64,000 nucleotides of DNA from a virus, in IMG/VR virus record IMGVR_UViG_3300021364_000006. One strand, given 5' to 3'. The notes beneath the pieces are model-generated. The model was not told where the DNA came from and did not search any database. It saw only the letters and a program-made list of their open reading frames with translations. Below, in pieces: positions 54,572-64,000 of the stretch (position 1 is its first letter; each line of letters opens with the position of its first letter). Made by a program: the position numbers and the translations under genes.

Positions 54572-54605
54572 GTGTCTTGCCCTGCGTTAAACTTTATTAT
54601 AATGA

Positions 54606-54643
54606 TATTTATAAAAACAGGAGACCTCTGAATGAGGTCTCCT
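54606..54643 (-). promoter_or_regulatory. Terminator followed by T4-type late promoter
   Basis: AGGAGACCTC-ATTCA-GAGGTCTCCT-GTTTT-TATAAATA. Confidence 0.7.
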
Positions 54644-54649
54644 TTATAA

Positions 54650-54856
54650 TCACTCTTCGTCTTGGCGAGTCCTAATTGCTTGGATTACAGTAAGCAATAG
54701 TTTATCATCCATGTCAGTCTTGGTCAGCTTGACAGCCTTCTCAAGAATGACAATGCAAATGTCAATTAGTTTCTCACCTAGTTCTTCATTATCAGGAATT
54801 TTAGCAACAGCATCAGTGATGATTTTTGATGCTAGTGGTAGTAAAAAAGAAAGCAT
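54650..54856 (-). CDS. Hypothetical protein
   Basis: FLLPLASKII.DAV.KIP.NEELGE..AVKLTKTDMDD. Confidence 0.65.
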   Translation of the reverse strand: MLSFLLPLASKIITDAVAKIPDNEELGEKLIDICIVILEKAVKLTKTDMDDKLLLTVIQAIRTRQDEE

Positions 54857-54902
54857 GATCTTTTGTCAAAGGACTATCAATATATATTCAACTTATCTTC
54901 TC

Positions 54903-56189
54903 TTAAGATTGACCGCCTTGCTTAGGATTAATAATCACTTTATTCTTCCCCTTCATACCAGTAACTTTCTTCTCAGTATCAGCGTCCATCTCATCACCCA
55001 TTTCATGGATGAACTCCTCTCTCCAGTTATTAAACTGGGTGGATTCTTTGCGAGTAAACTCTTCATTACTCTGCTTATTCTGACGCATGGTCTCTTTAGT
55101 TTGAGTGGATGGACGAGCAGTTCCACGACCACTACCTTTTGCAGGAGATACAAGTGCTCTAGCAACCTTTGCTACTGGATGATCTGATTTTCTTAAAAAT
55201 TCTACTGGACCTTCTTCTAGTTCTTGACCTTCAGTCTCAACTGATTCCAATCCCATTCTCTGCTTTCTTAAATCACCACCAAAAGCATTTCCCTTTAGTG
55301 TTGCTCCTTTACGTGCTTTATCTAAAGCTTTATCCGCTTTTGGTTTAAAGACCTTTTTGATAATAGCTGGTGCGGCAGCTAGACCAGCAAGAGCAGCACC
55401 AGCTGCTAGAGGTGCAATTTCATCGACTTGCTCTAATTCTTCATTGCGACTTGCCATGGCTTTACCAATAGCAGAACGACGCTTTAGAAGATACTTATCA
55501 GACTTGTCCTTATCACCATCATTATCAACATCACCATCCTCTTTACCGACAGGATCTAAACCTTTTCCAGATGTTGTGGCAGCAGTCTGTTCACCTTTCT
55601 TAGCCTCACCTTCATAAGGTGATCCATATTCTGTCATCTCGACAGATTTGATATTGGGGTTGGCGCGAAGTGAATTGATTTTCTCTCTAGTTGCAAAGCG
55701 AACATAAGTTCTGCCACTTGCTTTATCAGTTACACGAATCTTGAACTTCTTATTAGGACCTTCACCCTTAGTTTCTTCTTCTAATTCCTCACCTACGGGC
55801 TCACCATGCTTATTTTTATCGTGATGAGGACCCTCAAAAGTTCCCTTTATCTTTCTAATTGTTTCTTCCTTATTGGCAATAATCTGCTTTTGAATTGGGC
55901 TGTATGCCTCACCAAATAGTTTTTGCTTAACTGCATCCTTCTCAGGACCAGTCATAGTGGTGTTACCCATGTACTGACTATATGCCGCTTTTAGATCCAC
56001 ACCCTCTCTACGGGCACGATATCTAATGTCATATACAGCTTGACGAACCTTTTTCGCGGACTTTTCTTCAGTGTTTCCGCCCTCAGATGAGGCAGCATCA
56101 CTCTTAGCAGCGGGTTTATCACCACCAGAGGATACAACAGGTCCACCTACTTTTCTTGCTGGGAGTTCTTCAAAAAAAGTTCTATTCAT
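54903..56189 (-). CDS. Late low-complexity protein, putative internal head protein
   Basis: RQAVYDIRYRARRE, KYKVRV-like R..TREKI..LRANPNI, EDGDVDNDGD, multiple xxE sites; ATAAATA upstream. Confidence 0.65.
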   Translation of the reverse strand: MNRTFFEELPARKVGGPVVSSGGDKPAAKSDAASSEGGNTEEKSAKKVRQAVYDIRYRARREGVDLKAAYSQYMGNTTMTGPEKDAVKQKLFGEAYSPIQKQIIANKEETIRKIKGTFEGPHHDKNKHGEPVGEELEEETKGEGPNKKFKIRVTDKASGRTYVRFATREKINSLRANPNIKSVEMTEYGSPYEGEAKKGEQTAATTSGKGLDPVGKEDGDVDNDGDKDKSDKYLLKRRSAIGKAMASRNEELEQVDEIAPLAAGAALAGLAAAPAIIKKVFKPKADKALDKARKGATLKGNAFGGDLRKQRMGLESVETEGQELEEGPVEFLRKSDHPVAKVARALVSPAKGSGRGTARPSTQTKETMRQNKQSNEEFTRKESTQFNNWREEFIHEMGDEMDADTEKKVTGMKGKNKVIINPKQGGQS

Positions 56190-56194
56190 CGTCT

Positions 56195-57307
56195 TTAACT
56201 ACGGGTACGCTTTTTCCTGCTTTTATTTATGAATGACCGAACCTTCTCTCTTGGAGTCATGCGCTGAACATACTCTCTGTAGGAATCTGTTCCAATTTCA
56301 TGCACCTCATTTAGGTCTTTAATCCAAGATTTGAACAAATATCCCTCTCTAGTAACAGAAATGATGTGATTTGCACCTCTTCTAATTACCTTTCCAATGA
56401 ATCCAGTGGTTAAACTTTCAACAAAAGATCCAACTTTGAATAGATTTCCTGAAATAAAATTCTCTCTAAGACCTTTCCAATCGTACTTGGGTGCAATATT
56501 CCAGAGTTCATACCCCTCTTCAATACCCATTCTTTGACGAACAGTCAAAAACATTGTCTCTGCATCTTTGGGTTTGATTGTCCCAGGAAGTCCAGATGCA
56601 AAGGTCTCAAAGTCACCTTCGGCAGCTGCTTTTCTCATTTTGGATGCAGACATTCCCTCCACACCCTCAGAATCTGGGTCACGATCACCCGCAGAAATCA
56701 CATTGATCTTCTCAAATGAATACAGAGAACCATTATACTTATTAGCTAAGTTCTCAAATTCTGCTTGGCGATCCGCACCAACAACGATATTTACCTCACT
56801 GTGACCATCCTCATGCGCTCTCTTGAGAACATCAAAGATAGTTCTCATCTTAGTGTCATGCACAATATTATTTGCATGATCAGGGAACATGGTCTTCATG
56901 AATTCAACTTTGGTTAGTGAATCCAATGGATTTTTCTTAGGATCTTCACTGTGGGATGGGTAAATTTTGTATTCACCAGTACCAGCAGTGGTTTTGATGT
57001 GATTGATTAGTTTTTCATGACCAGTTGTGGGTGGATTGAAGCGACCAAATCCCACGGTAAGAGTCCCCTTTGTCTTCTCGATGGGGGGAGCCATGTCTGG
57101 TTCTTGTTGCGTTTGCTGCTGTTGTGGATCCTGCTGAGGACTTTTGACCGTCTTGGAGAAGATCTTGAGTTGACCGCGCACAGTTTTAGCGACAAGGTTT
57201 CCTTCACGGTCATAATAGTCCCCATGACCGTCTCCTGTCAAGCCCATCGCCTTTGCTTGGGCGGCGGCTCTCGATGCTTCTGTGATGAACGCTAGAAATC
57301 TTTTCAT
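56195..57307 (-). CDS. Cytidyltransferase-like protein
   Basis: FGRFNPPTTGH, KNPL, VVGADR, SAGDRDPD, MSASKMR. Confidence 0.85.
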   Translation of the reverse strand: MKRFLAFITEASRAAAQAKAMGLTGDGHGDYYDREGNLVAKTVRGQLKIFSKTVKSPQQDPQQQQTQQEPDMAPPIEKTKGTLTVGFGRFNPPTTGHEKLINHIKTTAGTGEYKIYPSHSEDPKKNPLDSLTKVEFMKTMFPDHANNIVHDTKMRTIFDVLKRAHEDGHSEVNIVVGADRQAEFENLANKYNGSLYSFEKINVISAGDRDPDSEGVEGMSASKMRKAAAEGDFETFASGLPGTIKPKDAETMFLTVRQRMGIEEGYELWNIAPKYDWKGLRENFISGNLFKVGSFVESLTTGFIGKVIRRGANHIISVTREGYLFKSWIKDLNEVHEIGTDSYREYVQRMTPREKVRSFINKSRKKRTRS

Positions 57308-57328
57308 ATTATTATTTATTGGTTCAGT

Positions 57329-58213
57329 TCAATTAGACGGATTGAGAGGGGAATTCCTCTGACGAGTTAAAGGAGATGGAGCATTTATACAATCAACACC
57401 ATCCCAATGAATCCTATCCTCATCTTCTCTATTATCCAAATCAAATCCAGACACTCTAGGGAATTTATCCATCAACAAAGCAGTAGAAAATCTATAAGTT
57501 CCCTGAGATGCGGATCCTTTTGTTCTTATTCTTAATCTCATACTTGCACCAGAATTCAAAAATTTAGTTGCTCCTAGATGCCTAAGTCCATTTGGATCTC
57601 TATTCAAATAATACAATCCATATCCACCAATTTGTATATAATTTACTCCTTTTGAACTGTAATATGTTGAAAAAGCTCTAGCAAATCCATCACCTGTAAT
57701 ATAGGAACTTTTATATTTTTCAAGATCCGCTTTTTTTTCTTCCTCAGAAACTTGTTTACTATTTGAATAATTAAATAAATTTGGTTTTCCAGGCCAAACT
57801 CTATTAATCTGAGATACTACATTCATACTATTAAGAAGTCTTCTCATCTCCATAGCTTCAGGAGTATTCTTTCCACTAAGACTCCAAGATGATCCATTGT
57901 GAGTTAAACTTGCTTGCCCATAGTCTGCATTTGGATTCAATTTAACTTCAATCTTTAATTTTGCACCTTGTTTTGGTTGCCTTACAGTTGCACTATTATA
58001 TTTTGGAACCCATAGTTCAAGATCTGCAGCAGTTGAATCCGCGCCAGCTGGAGAAAATCCTACAGGAATCATTCCTATATCCCTATATTGATTATATAAT
58101 TTACCCTCATAAGCAAATCCCAGATTTAAATTTTTACCTGATCCAGATGATGCCCAGTCTTCATAATCTGGATCTGCACCATATAGTCCAGATGGATCTT
58201 CGTAAACTGCCAT
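57329..58213 (-). CDS. Hypothetical protein, possible PD-(D/E)xK endonuclease
   Basis: G.AYE, ADLEL, IEVKL, DYGQ, YIQIGGYGLYY. Confidence 0.45.
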   Translation of the reverse strand: MAVYEDPSGLYGADPDYEDWASSGSGKNLNLGFAYEGKLYNQYRDIGMIPVGFSPAGADSTAADLELWVPKYNSATVRQPKQGAKLKIEVKLNPNADYGQASLTHNGSSWSLSGKNTPEAMEMRRLLNSMNVVSQINRVWPGKPNLFNYSNSKQVSEEEKKADLEKYKSSYITGDGFARAFSTYYSSKGVNYIQIGGYGLYYLNRDPNGLRHLGATKFLNSGASMRLRIRTKGSASQGTYRFSTALLMDKFPRVSGFDLDNREDEDRIHWDGVDCINAPSPLTRQRNSPLNPSN

Positions 58214-58243
58214 AAAAAAAAGAGGCCTTTGCCTCTATTTATT

Positions 58244-58462
58244 TTATTCAGTTGTATCTTGCTCGTCCTCTTTTTTATTAAATCCAAATGGACCTTCTTT
58301 TTCGTCAAGTGCAAGTTTTAGTGCAATACCACCGACTGCTTCCATAACTTTTAAAACTTGTTCAGGTTTTACATCTTCACCAAGTTCTTTGGCAACATAC
58401 CAATACTTTGGCCAGAATGTTTCTCCTGCTTTTTGGTAATCTTCAAGTGTTAGTAGTTTCAT
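58244..58462 (-). CDS. Conserved hypothetical protein
   Basis: LTLEDYQKAGETFWPKYWYVAKELGE. Confidence 0.65.
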   Translation of the reverse strand: MKLLTLEDYQKAGETFWPKYWYVAKELGEDVKPEQVLKVMEAVGGIALKLALDEKEGPFGFNKKEDEQDTTE

Positions 58463-58605
58463 GTAAAATTAGTTAGAGAATGATAAACTGCTTCAATATG
58501 CATATTGCCATGAATATAACCAGCAATGATTATACCAATAGCGAATAAAAAACATGCTACCAGTGATAGCACTAATGGTACTGTTGGATTACTTCCCGAC
58601 GCCAT
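58459..58605 (-). CDS. Small TM protein (not in ORF track)
   Basis: MASGSNPTVPLVLSLVACFLFAIGIIIAGYIHGNMHI.. Confidence 0.5.
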   Translation of the reverse strand: MASGSNPTVPLVLSLVACFLFAIGIIIAGYIHGNMHIEAVYHSLTNFT

Positions 58606-58735
58606 AATCAGGTGCGTTTTTCTTTTCCAGTTCTCGAATGTTTTGATGTAGTCGTTCTAATGCTTCACGCATTTCGGGTGTTTCTTCCCACTCCCAAGTA
58701 TCCCCCTTTGAGTTCTTCTTTGACTTTTTACTCAT
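58589..58735 (-). CDS. Small hypothetical protein (not in ORF track)
   Basis: MSKKSKKNSKGDTWEWEETPEMREALERLH.. Confidence 0.5.
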   Translation of the reverse strand: MSKKSKKNSKGDTWEWEETPEMREALERLHQNIRELEKKNAPDYGVGK

Positions 58736-58971
58736 TTCCAGCCTCCTTTTAGAACCCACTCATCGTGGTATTGGTTTTTCCATGAACTGCTGATTCCGTA
58801 GGATGGTTGAATCACTTGCTCAATGTACCTACGGTTTTCTCTGGCAATATTTAGACTCTCTGCTTCGAGAGTCTTAACTCGTCCGTCTATTTGTGAGGAC
58901 CACCAGACAGCACCCGAAGCTTGAACCAGCAGGAAAGATACGATAGCAAAGGGGATTTTGAGATCATTCAC
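58732..58971 (-). CDS. Hypothetical protein
   Basis: KIPFAIVSFLLVQ..GAVWWSS.IDGRV. Confidence 0.6.
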   Translation of the reverse strand: MNDLKIPFAIVSFLLVQASGAVWWSSQIDGRVKTLEAESLNIARENRRYIEQVIQPSYGISSSWKNQYHDEWVLKGGWK

Positions 58972-59372
58972 AGATCACCTTCCTTACGATTTTCGGAATA
59001 GTGGACATCAAAGTTGCCACCAGGATAACGGGCAACCAGTTTCTCAACATTCATCTCCATGATTTCATCGAGAGAAGTGCCAAGACCCATACATGCTTGA
59101 GCAACATACCACATGATGTCACCCAGCTCACGCTTTAGATGGAACATGTTCTCTTCATTGACAGGTTTGCCTTGGAAGATAATCTTCTTAACAACTTCAG
59201 TAAACTCACCTGCTTCAGCACACATTCCTACAGCAGCAGTAAGCAGTCGCTCGGAGTGAAAACCTTGACCTTCAATTTCTTGGAGACGATAGATAAACGC
59301 TTCGTGGTCTTTTGACGGTTGCGACGTGACCGCATCGACAAATTCAACATACTTCTTAGTGTCAACGCTCAT
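58968..59372 (-). CDS. mazG: MazG-family nucleotide pyrophosphohydrolase
   Basis: AEAGEFTEVVKK, ELGDIMWY, MNVEKL..RYP. Confidence 0.9.
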   Translation of the reverse strand: MSVDTKKYVEFVDAVTSQPSKDHEAFIYRLQEIEGQGFHSERLLTAAVGMCAEAGEFTEVVKKIIFQGKPVNEENMFHLKRELGDIMWYVAQACMGLGTSLDEIMEMNVEKLVARYPGGNFDVHYSENRKEGDL

Positions 59373-59397
59373 AGGTTTAATTGAATACCTCTTTATT

Positions 59398-59928
59398 TTA
59401 CACGATATCGTACAAAAATGCAATACTTACTCTAGGCTCATCTGTGTGTGAGAGTGGAGATGCGCCATAGTGTTCCCACTCTGATGGAAAACAAGCACCG
59501 TAATTGGGAATAAAAGTAGTGTAGCAATATTCCTCAAGATGTGGATTATAAACTACATTTTCACCACCCCATTGAACATTCCAGTTACTATTTGCAAATA
59601 AAACGAAAGTTAATCTTCCAGGATTAAAATCGTCAGTGTGAAAAACACTACCTTTTTGTCCAGATGTGGCAAGATTTGTATGGATGCGAAATGAATTTAA
59701 TGGTCTACGAAGAACTTTCATCAACTTATATTTGATGATTGTCTGAGCTTCCCTAAAGACAATATTAGTGTTCTTATAGTTCCGACACTGTGTCCAAAAT
59801 ATTGGATCATTATCACAATAAGATTGATTCGTCAATCTCCAATCAATCAATTCATCCTGAATAGATTCAAACAATCTATCAGGAAGAACATTTGACATTT
59901 TTATTGGATAATTGCGCTCATCAAACAT
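59398..59928 (-). CDS. 2OG-Fe(II) oxygenase
   Basis: FHTD, TFVLF..WN.QWGGE, PSEWEH.G, RVSIAF. Confidence 0.8.
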   Translation of the reverse strand: MFDERNYPIKMSNVLPDRLFESIQDELIDWRLTNQSYCDNDPIFWTQCRNYKNTNIVFREAQTIIKYKLMKVLRRPLNSFRIHTNLATSGQKGSVFHTDDFNPGRLTFVLFANSNWNVQWGGENVVYNPHLEEYCYTTFIPNYGACFPSEWEHYGASPLSHTDEPRVSIAFLYDIV

Positions 59929-61298
59929 TAGAAACTCAGTTTTGCAAATTTATCTTTCGGTGAAAACTGATTCTCTTCTTCATCCAAACCACCATCAATA
60001 ATGTTTTGCTGACTCTGCTCACAATCATAGAGTCGCATCTTTGCGCGATCAATGCCAAGGATGAATCGTTTGTAAACTGAAATATCATTATATCGATTTT
60101 TCAGTTGCTTTACCATAATTTGTCCGAGTTCCTGAAGCTCATCTGTAGAAATAAGGGCAAACATAAGATCAGCAGTAGCAGGGAGACCAAAGGACTCTGA
60201 AGTGTCAGTAAGGTCAATATCAGAGCTAGCATAACCAGAACGAGTGGTCTGCGTGGCAGAAACGATAGGGACGTTTGCTTCAACAGCCAACCCTCTAAGT
60301 TCTTCTGCAATAGACTTAATATACGAATATGAATTGACATTGCCGTTTCCGCGATAACGGGAGGAAGCACATATATTAAGGTAATCAATGAAAATAATAT
60401 CAGGTCTAAATGACTTCTTAAGTGCAAGTTCATTAAGCAGTGCCTTAAAGTGTCCACTGTGGGCGCTCGCGGTGGGATACTCTTTGATGATCAAGTTGCC
60501 CTGAGTCTTCTTTGCAAGGTTTGATACCTTACTCTCAAACATAGGACGAGGAAGATCTGTAATCTCTTGTATATTTACATTCAAAAGATTCGCGTCAATT
60601 CTCTCAGCAATTTTTTCTTCTGCCATCTCCATAGTGATATACAGAACATTGTACCCCGATAAGAGCGAGGACGAAGCCATATGGCACATAAAAAGAGACT
60701 TTCCGACACCTGTGCCAGCAAGAGCGATATTAAGAGTCTTGTTAGGTAGGCCGCCTTTCGTAATTTTGTTAAAGTAATCGAGATCAAACGGAATGCGATC
60801 TTCTTTACGGTGGTAAGACTCAAATCTTTCTTCAAAGTCCTGTAGATAGTCATGACCAATGTGGTTGTCAAAAGAAACTGCTAAGGCATTACTTAGAATA
60901 CTAGGGATGGCATCACGATTTTTCTTCTCATCGTTACCATCTGCAATATGAATGGACTCCATGAGTGCTAGGTAAATAGCACGATCACGACACCACTTCT
61001 CAGTAGAATCTGTCAACCACTTCTGGTCAACATCTTTCACTTCCAAAGATTCAATACACTTCTTTGCTTCTTGAATATCGTCTCCACTCAAATCAGATCG
61101 ATTTGAAATCTCAATCTGGAGAGCTTCAAGTGAGATGAGGGAGTCATACTTGACAATGAACTCTGAAGTCTCAAGAAAGATAGTTTTTTTGATACGATCT
61201 TCAAAATATTCGGGTTGCAGGAAGGGGATGACCTTCCTGGCATAGTCCTCATTGTGAATTAGATTTCTTAGAATTGTGACTTCAATTTGTTCCATCAA
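59928..61298 (-). CDS. gp41: Replicative DNA helicase gp41
   Basis: AGTGVGKS, EMAEE, IKEYPT, IDYLNI, SESFGLP, KQLKNRY. Confidence 0.97.
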   Translation of the reverse strand: MMEQIEVTILRNLIHNEDYARKVIPFLQPEYFEDRIKKTIFLETSEFIVKYDSLISLEALQIEISNRSDLSGDDIQEAKKCIESLEVKDVDQKWLTDSTEKWCRDRAIYLALMESIHIADGNDEKKNRDAIPSILSNALAVSFDNHIGHDYLQDFEERFESYHRKEDRIPFDLDYFNKITKGGLPNKTLNIALAGTGVGKSLFMCHMASSSLLSGYNVLYITMEMAEEKIAERIDANLLNVNIQEITDLPRPMFESKVSNLAKKTQGNLIIKEYPTASAHSGHFKALLNELALKKSFRPDIIFIDYLNICASSRYRGNGNVNSYSYIKSIAEELRGLAVEANVPIVSATQTTRSGYASSDIDLTDTSESFGLPATADLMFALISTDELQELGQIMVKQLKNRYNDISVYKRFILGIDRAKMRLYDCEQSQQNIIDGGLDEEENQFSPKDKFAKLSF

Positions 61299-62299
61299 GA
61301 CCCATAACTAAATTGTTCTTTTGCAATTGCATCCAACTTCTCCATCACCTCTGGGGTGAAGTATGATTCAGGATCTTTGTAGATTGCTTTGGCATAAACT
61401 TTCTTACCGTCTATCTCATAACGACCTGCCACATTTTTCCAGAGACCACCGAGTTCTCCCAACTCAAGAAGGCCATAGTAACGATCAAGACCGCGCTCAT
61501 CGTAATAAAGACGCACCGTAACATCTTGGTTCTCCTTGCTTAGACGCGACTTAGCAGTCTTTGCCTTGATAAGGTTTCCAATGATTTCTGTTCCATCCTT
61601 TTCCTTCTTCTTAGATAGATGAATAATCGTGGACGCCGCATACTTAAGACCACTGCCGCCACCCATCTCTTTAGTTGGAACGTATGCGCCGATGACATCG
61701 TAGGTGTGATTCGTAACGATCATTGGAATGTTTGCTTGGCCCAGTTTGAGAGTGAGCATACGGAACGCACCTTTGATAAGTTGGGATTTGGTCATGTCCC
61801 GAACTTGTTTGTCGTTGAGTGCGTCGTTAATCTCCTTCTCGGTGGAAAGCATCCCCAGAGAGTCTAGCACAAACATGCAGGGTTTGCGCTCATCTTCTGG
61901 TTTCTTTTGGTATATATCTACTGCTTTAAGTGCCTTGCTGCGGAACTCTTCTACAGTAACAACATTGACAACTACGAGTCGATTCAGGTCGATGCCCCGA
62001 CTTGCGATAAGAGACTTGTTAATAGCGGCTTCAGTGTCAAAATATAAGCAATACCCATCAGGATTAGAATCAAGGAAGTTCTTGACAACTGCAAGGCTGA
62101 AAAAAGTTTTTCCAGTGCTAGACTCGCCAGCAATGGCAGTAATCTTATTCCCAGATACACCGCCAAATATAGACCCTGAAACAAGTCCGTTAAAAATGTA
62201 CGAACCTGTATCAACATATGTTTCTGTTTCATCGATGTCTGATGCTAGTTTGGTGAAGTCATCTCCAATCTCTTTTACAATGTCTTTCAAAAAATCCAT
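61295..62299 (-). CDS. uvsX: RecA-like recombinase UvsX
   Basis: AGESSTGKT, YFDTE, LDSLG, NHTY, MGGGSG. Confidence 0.95.
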   Translation of the reverse strand: MDFLKDIVKEIGDDFTKLASDIDETETYVDTGSYIFNGLVSGSIFGGVSGNKITAIAGESSTGKTFFSLAVVKNFLDSNPDGYCLYFDTEAAINKSLIASRGIDLNRLVVVNVVTVEEFRSKALKAVDIYQKKPEDERKPCMFVLDSLGMLSTEKEINDALNDKQVRDMTKSQLIKGAFRMLTLKLGQANIPMIVTNHTYDVIGAYVPTKEMGGGSGLKYAASTIIHLSKKKEKDGTEIIGNLIKAKTAKSRLSKENQDVTVRLYYDERGLDRYYGLLELGELGGLWKNVAGRYEIDGKKVYAKAIYKDPESYFTPEVMEKLDAIAKEQFSYGS

Positions 62300-62302
62300 G
62301 AA

Positions 62303-62500
62303 TTAATCCCAACGCTTGGTTTTCAAATATTCTAGCACATTATCACGAACATCCATCAGTTCATGATAACATTTTTGGTTATGAGCACATTGTCTTAGTG
62401 CATGATCTGGTTTTAGAACACTCTCAACAAAGAGGTCCAATCCACGATTCCACTTATCTTGTTTTGTCTCATTATCAGGAATTGTATACTGATCTTTCAT
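62303..62500 (-). CDS. Hypothetical protein
   Basis: W.RGLDLFVESV.KPD..LRQCAHNQKCY.ELM. Confidence 0.65.
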   Translation of the reverse strand: MKDQYTIPDNETKQDKWNRGLDLFVESVLKPDHALRQCAHNQKCYHELMDVRDNVLEYLKTKRWD

Positions 62501-64000
62501 GAGAAGAAGTCCTCCAGGCTTACTGTTTTTTCGACTGACCAACCAATAGCATCTAGGATCGCTTTCAAAGGATCCACAAATGATTTACTAAATTGCAATT
62601 CATAATCAACGTATCTGTTTAAATTTAATTCTTTTGGAAAGTCTTGAATAAAAGATAGTACATTTTCATGTATCGTATTCGGCACTTTCAGATAACAGAA
62701 CTTGATTTTCTCACCATTCTGAATAAGTGAGTACTTGTTTGTAAGTTTACTCTCCTTTATGTAGTGGTTGAAAAGGAGAGCACCACGAACATGAATTGGA
62801 GTGCCTTTTCTGTAAATGTTGGAACGATCTTGAAACTTATCAACATCACTTACAGATCTCGGAAATGAAATATCCTCAGGATTAAGTGACTTGAATTCAG
62901 TTCTTGACTTTTCAATAAAATCAATTACTTCATCTTCTGTTCCAGTCATGACAAGTTTGAGTGCATCCTTAATCATCTTCCTACATGGTGCAGGAGTGGA
63001 TGATTTCACGGCTTCAATGCCCATGATTTTTAGTTTGGGCTCTTCATACCGAACACCTTCACTGTCCCATACATTCAGAATATAACGCTTCTTAGCAGTC
63101 CAAATACCGCGATCTGCGATATTCTCACGCTTCATTTGCATCTTTTGATCGTATGCCGAAACGTATGTCGCCAGTTCCTGATAAGACTTATCAATAAACG
63201 GTTCCAATTTGTCTTGGCAGATCTGGTCAAGTATTGAAACAATTGCTGCTTTGTCGCCAGACTTAGCAGCAAAAAATTTATCCACAAGAGGTCCAAGATT
63301 AAGATAGATTGAGTCAGTGTCAGATGCGATGACATAATCTACTTCTTTGGTTTGCAAAAGTGTATTTAGATACCGATTCATCTTATTCTCAATCCAACGA
63401 ATCGAGACCTGACCAGACAGGGTGATTGCTTCTGCGTTTGCTAGTTTGTAATACCTGAAGTATTGATTACCAATAGCACCATAAGCAGAGTTAAGAGAAA
63501 TCTTTTTCGCCATCTGAACATTGTTGCATCTAGCGATCTCTTTTTCAAGTGCCTTAGTAGGCGTCTTCTCATACTGCTGCTTGGCAGCGAGCATTTTCTT
63601 TTTGAAGACGACCCTCTCCTGGTACATTCTATCCATGAGCTCTGGGAGGAAACCACGGACATCCTTTCTATACATGGCACCATTTGCACACACTGCATTG
63701 TCCTTGTACATTTCAAAGGTTACTTCCTCATTAAGTATCTTATCAACTGTGGCTGTGGGATGCCTTGTCTCTCTGAGGGTTTCTGGCGAAATATTGTACT
63801 GCATAATAAGGTGAGGGTAGAGACTATTGAGGTCAAAAGAAACAACCCAATCATACTTTCCAGGAATCGGTTCCTTGACGTATGCTCCTGCGTACTTGTC
63901 ATTTTTATCAGAACGTTCTTTTGGTGGAATTACAATGTCCCTCTTTTTGAGGTGATTGTAGATGATCGCATCCCACATGCGTACCTGAAAAAACACATCA
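62497..64000 (-). CDS. gp43: Family B DNA polymerase gp43 (C-terminal part; 5' end outside window)
   Basis: SFDLNSLYP, KISLNSAYG, SDTDS, KKRY, MGIE. Confidence 0.97.
   Translation of the reverse strand, partial: DVFFQVRMWDAIIYNHLKKRDIVIPPKERSDKNDKYAGAYVKEPIPGKYDWVVSFDLNSLYPHLIMQYNISPETLRETRHPTATVDKILNEEVTFEMYKDNAVCANGAMYRKDVRGFLPELMDRMYQERVVFKKKMLAAKQQYEKTPTKALEKEIARCNNVQMAKKISLNSAYGAIGNQYFRYYKLANAEAITLSGQVSIRWIENKMNRYLNTLLQTKEVDYVIASDTDSIYLNLGPLVDKFFAAKSGDKAAIVSILDQICQDKLEPFIDKSYQELATYVSAYDQKMQMKRENIADRGIWTAKKRYILNVWDSEGVRYEEPKLKIMGIEAVKSSTPAPCRKMIKDALKLVMTGTEDEVIDFIEKSRTEFKSLNPEDISFPRSVSDVDKFQDRSNIYRKGTPIHVRGALLFNHYIKESKLTNKYSLIQNGEKIKFCYLKVPNTIHENVLSFIQDFPKELNLNRYVDYELQFSKSFVDPLKAILDAIGWSVEKTVSLEDFFS

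Noticed and set aside
61728-62306. 192-aa plus-strand ORF (and similar ones opposite gp32, nrdB, pstS)
   Set aside because: Antisense shadows of conserved genes with no motifs or RBS

Overview
A 64-kb segment of a T4-like marine cyanophage (cyanomyovirus) genome, almost entirely on the minus strand. Carrying psbA+psbD, zwf+gnd, petE and ptox together suggests a Synechococcus host. Reading right to left in the main transcription direction: replication core (gp43 partial, uvsX, gp41, mazG, gp61 primase, nrdA/nrdB), late-promoter Gly/Lys-rich putative internal head proteins, a frameshifted lysozyme-like gene, four tRNAs (Arg, Gly, Asn, Thr), several 2OG-Fe(II) oxygenases, an ~11-kb sugar-nucleotide/glycosyltransferase island, a photosynthesis/phosphate/carbon AMG region (2 hli, petF, 2 porin-like genes, pstS, psbA, psbD, petE, ptox, gnd, an unlisted ndhP, zwf, talC), a carbamoyltransferase and a sulfotransferase, then glutaredoxin, thyX, phoH, exonuclease, gp33 and gp32, converging on plus-strand gp48/gp53. 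The most striking feature is at about 9730-10530. An NtcA-type box and a near-consensus sigma70 promoter drive two tandem glutamine-II (Downstream-peptide)-like riboswitch aptamers. Each aptamer has an entire small protein gene in place of its P2 loop, and the pair sits upstream of a DUF4278-type YRG peptide gene. Family assignments come from motif recognition only; no database search was run.
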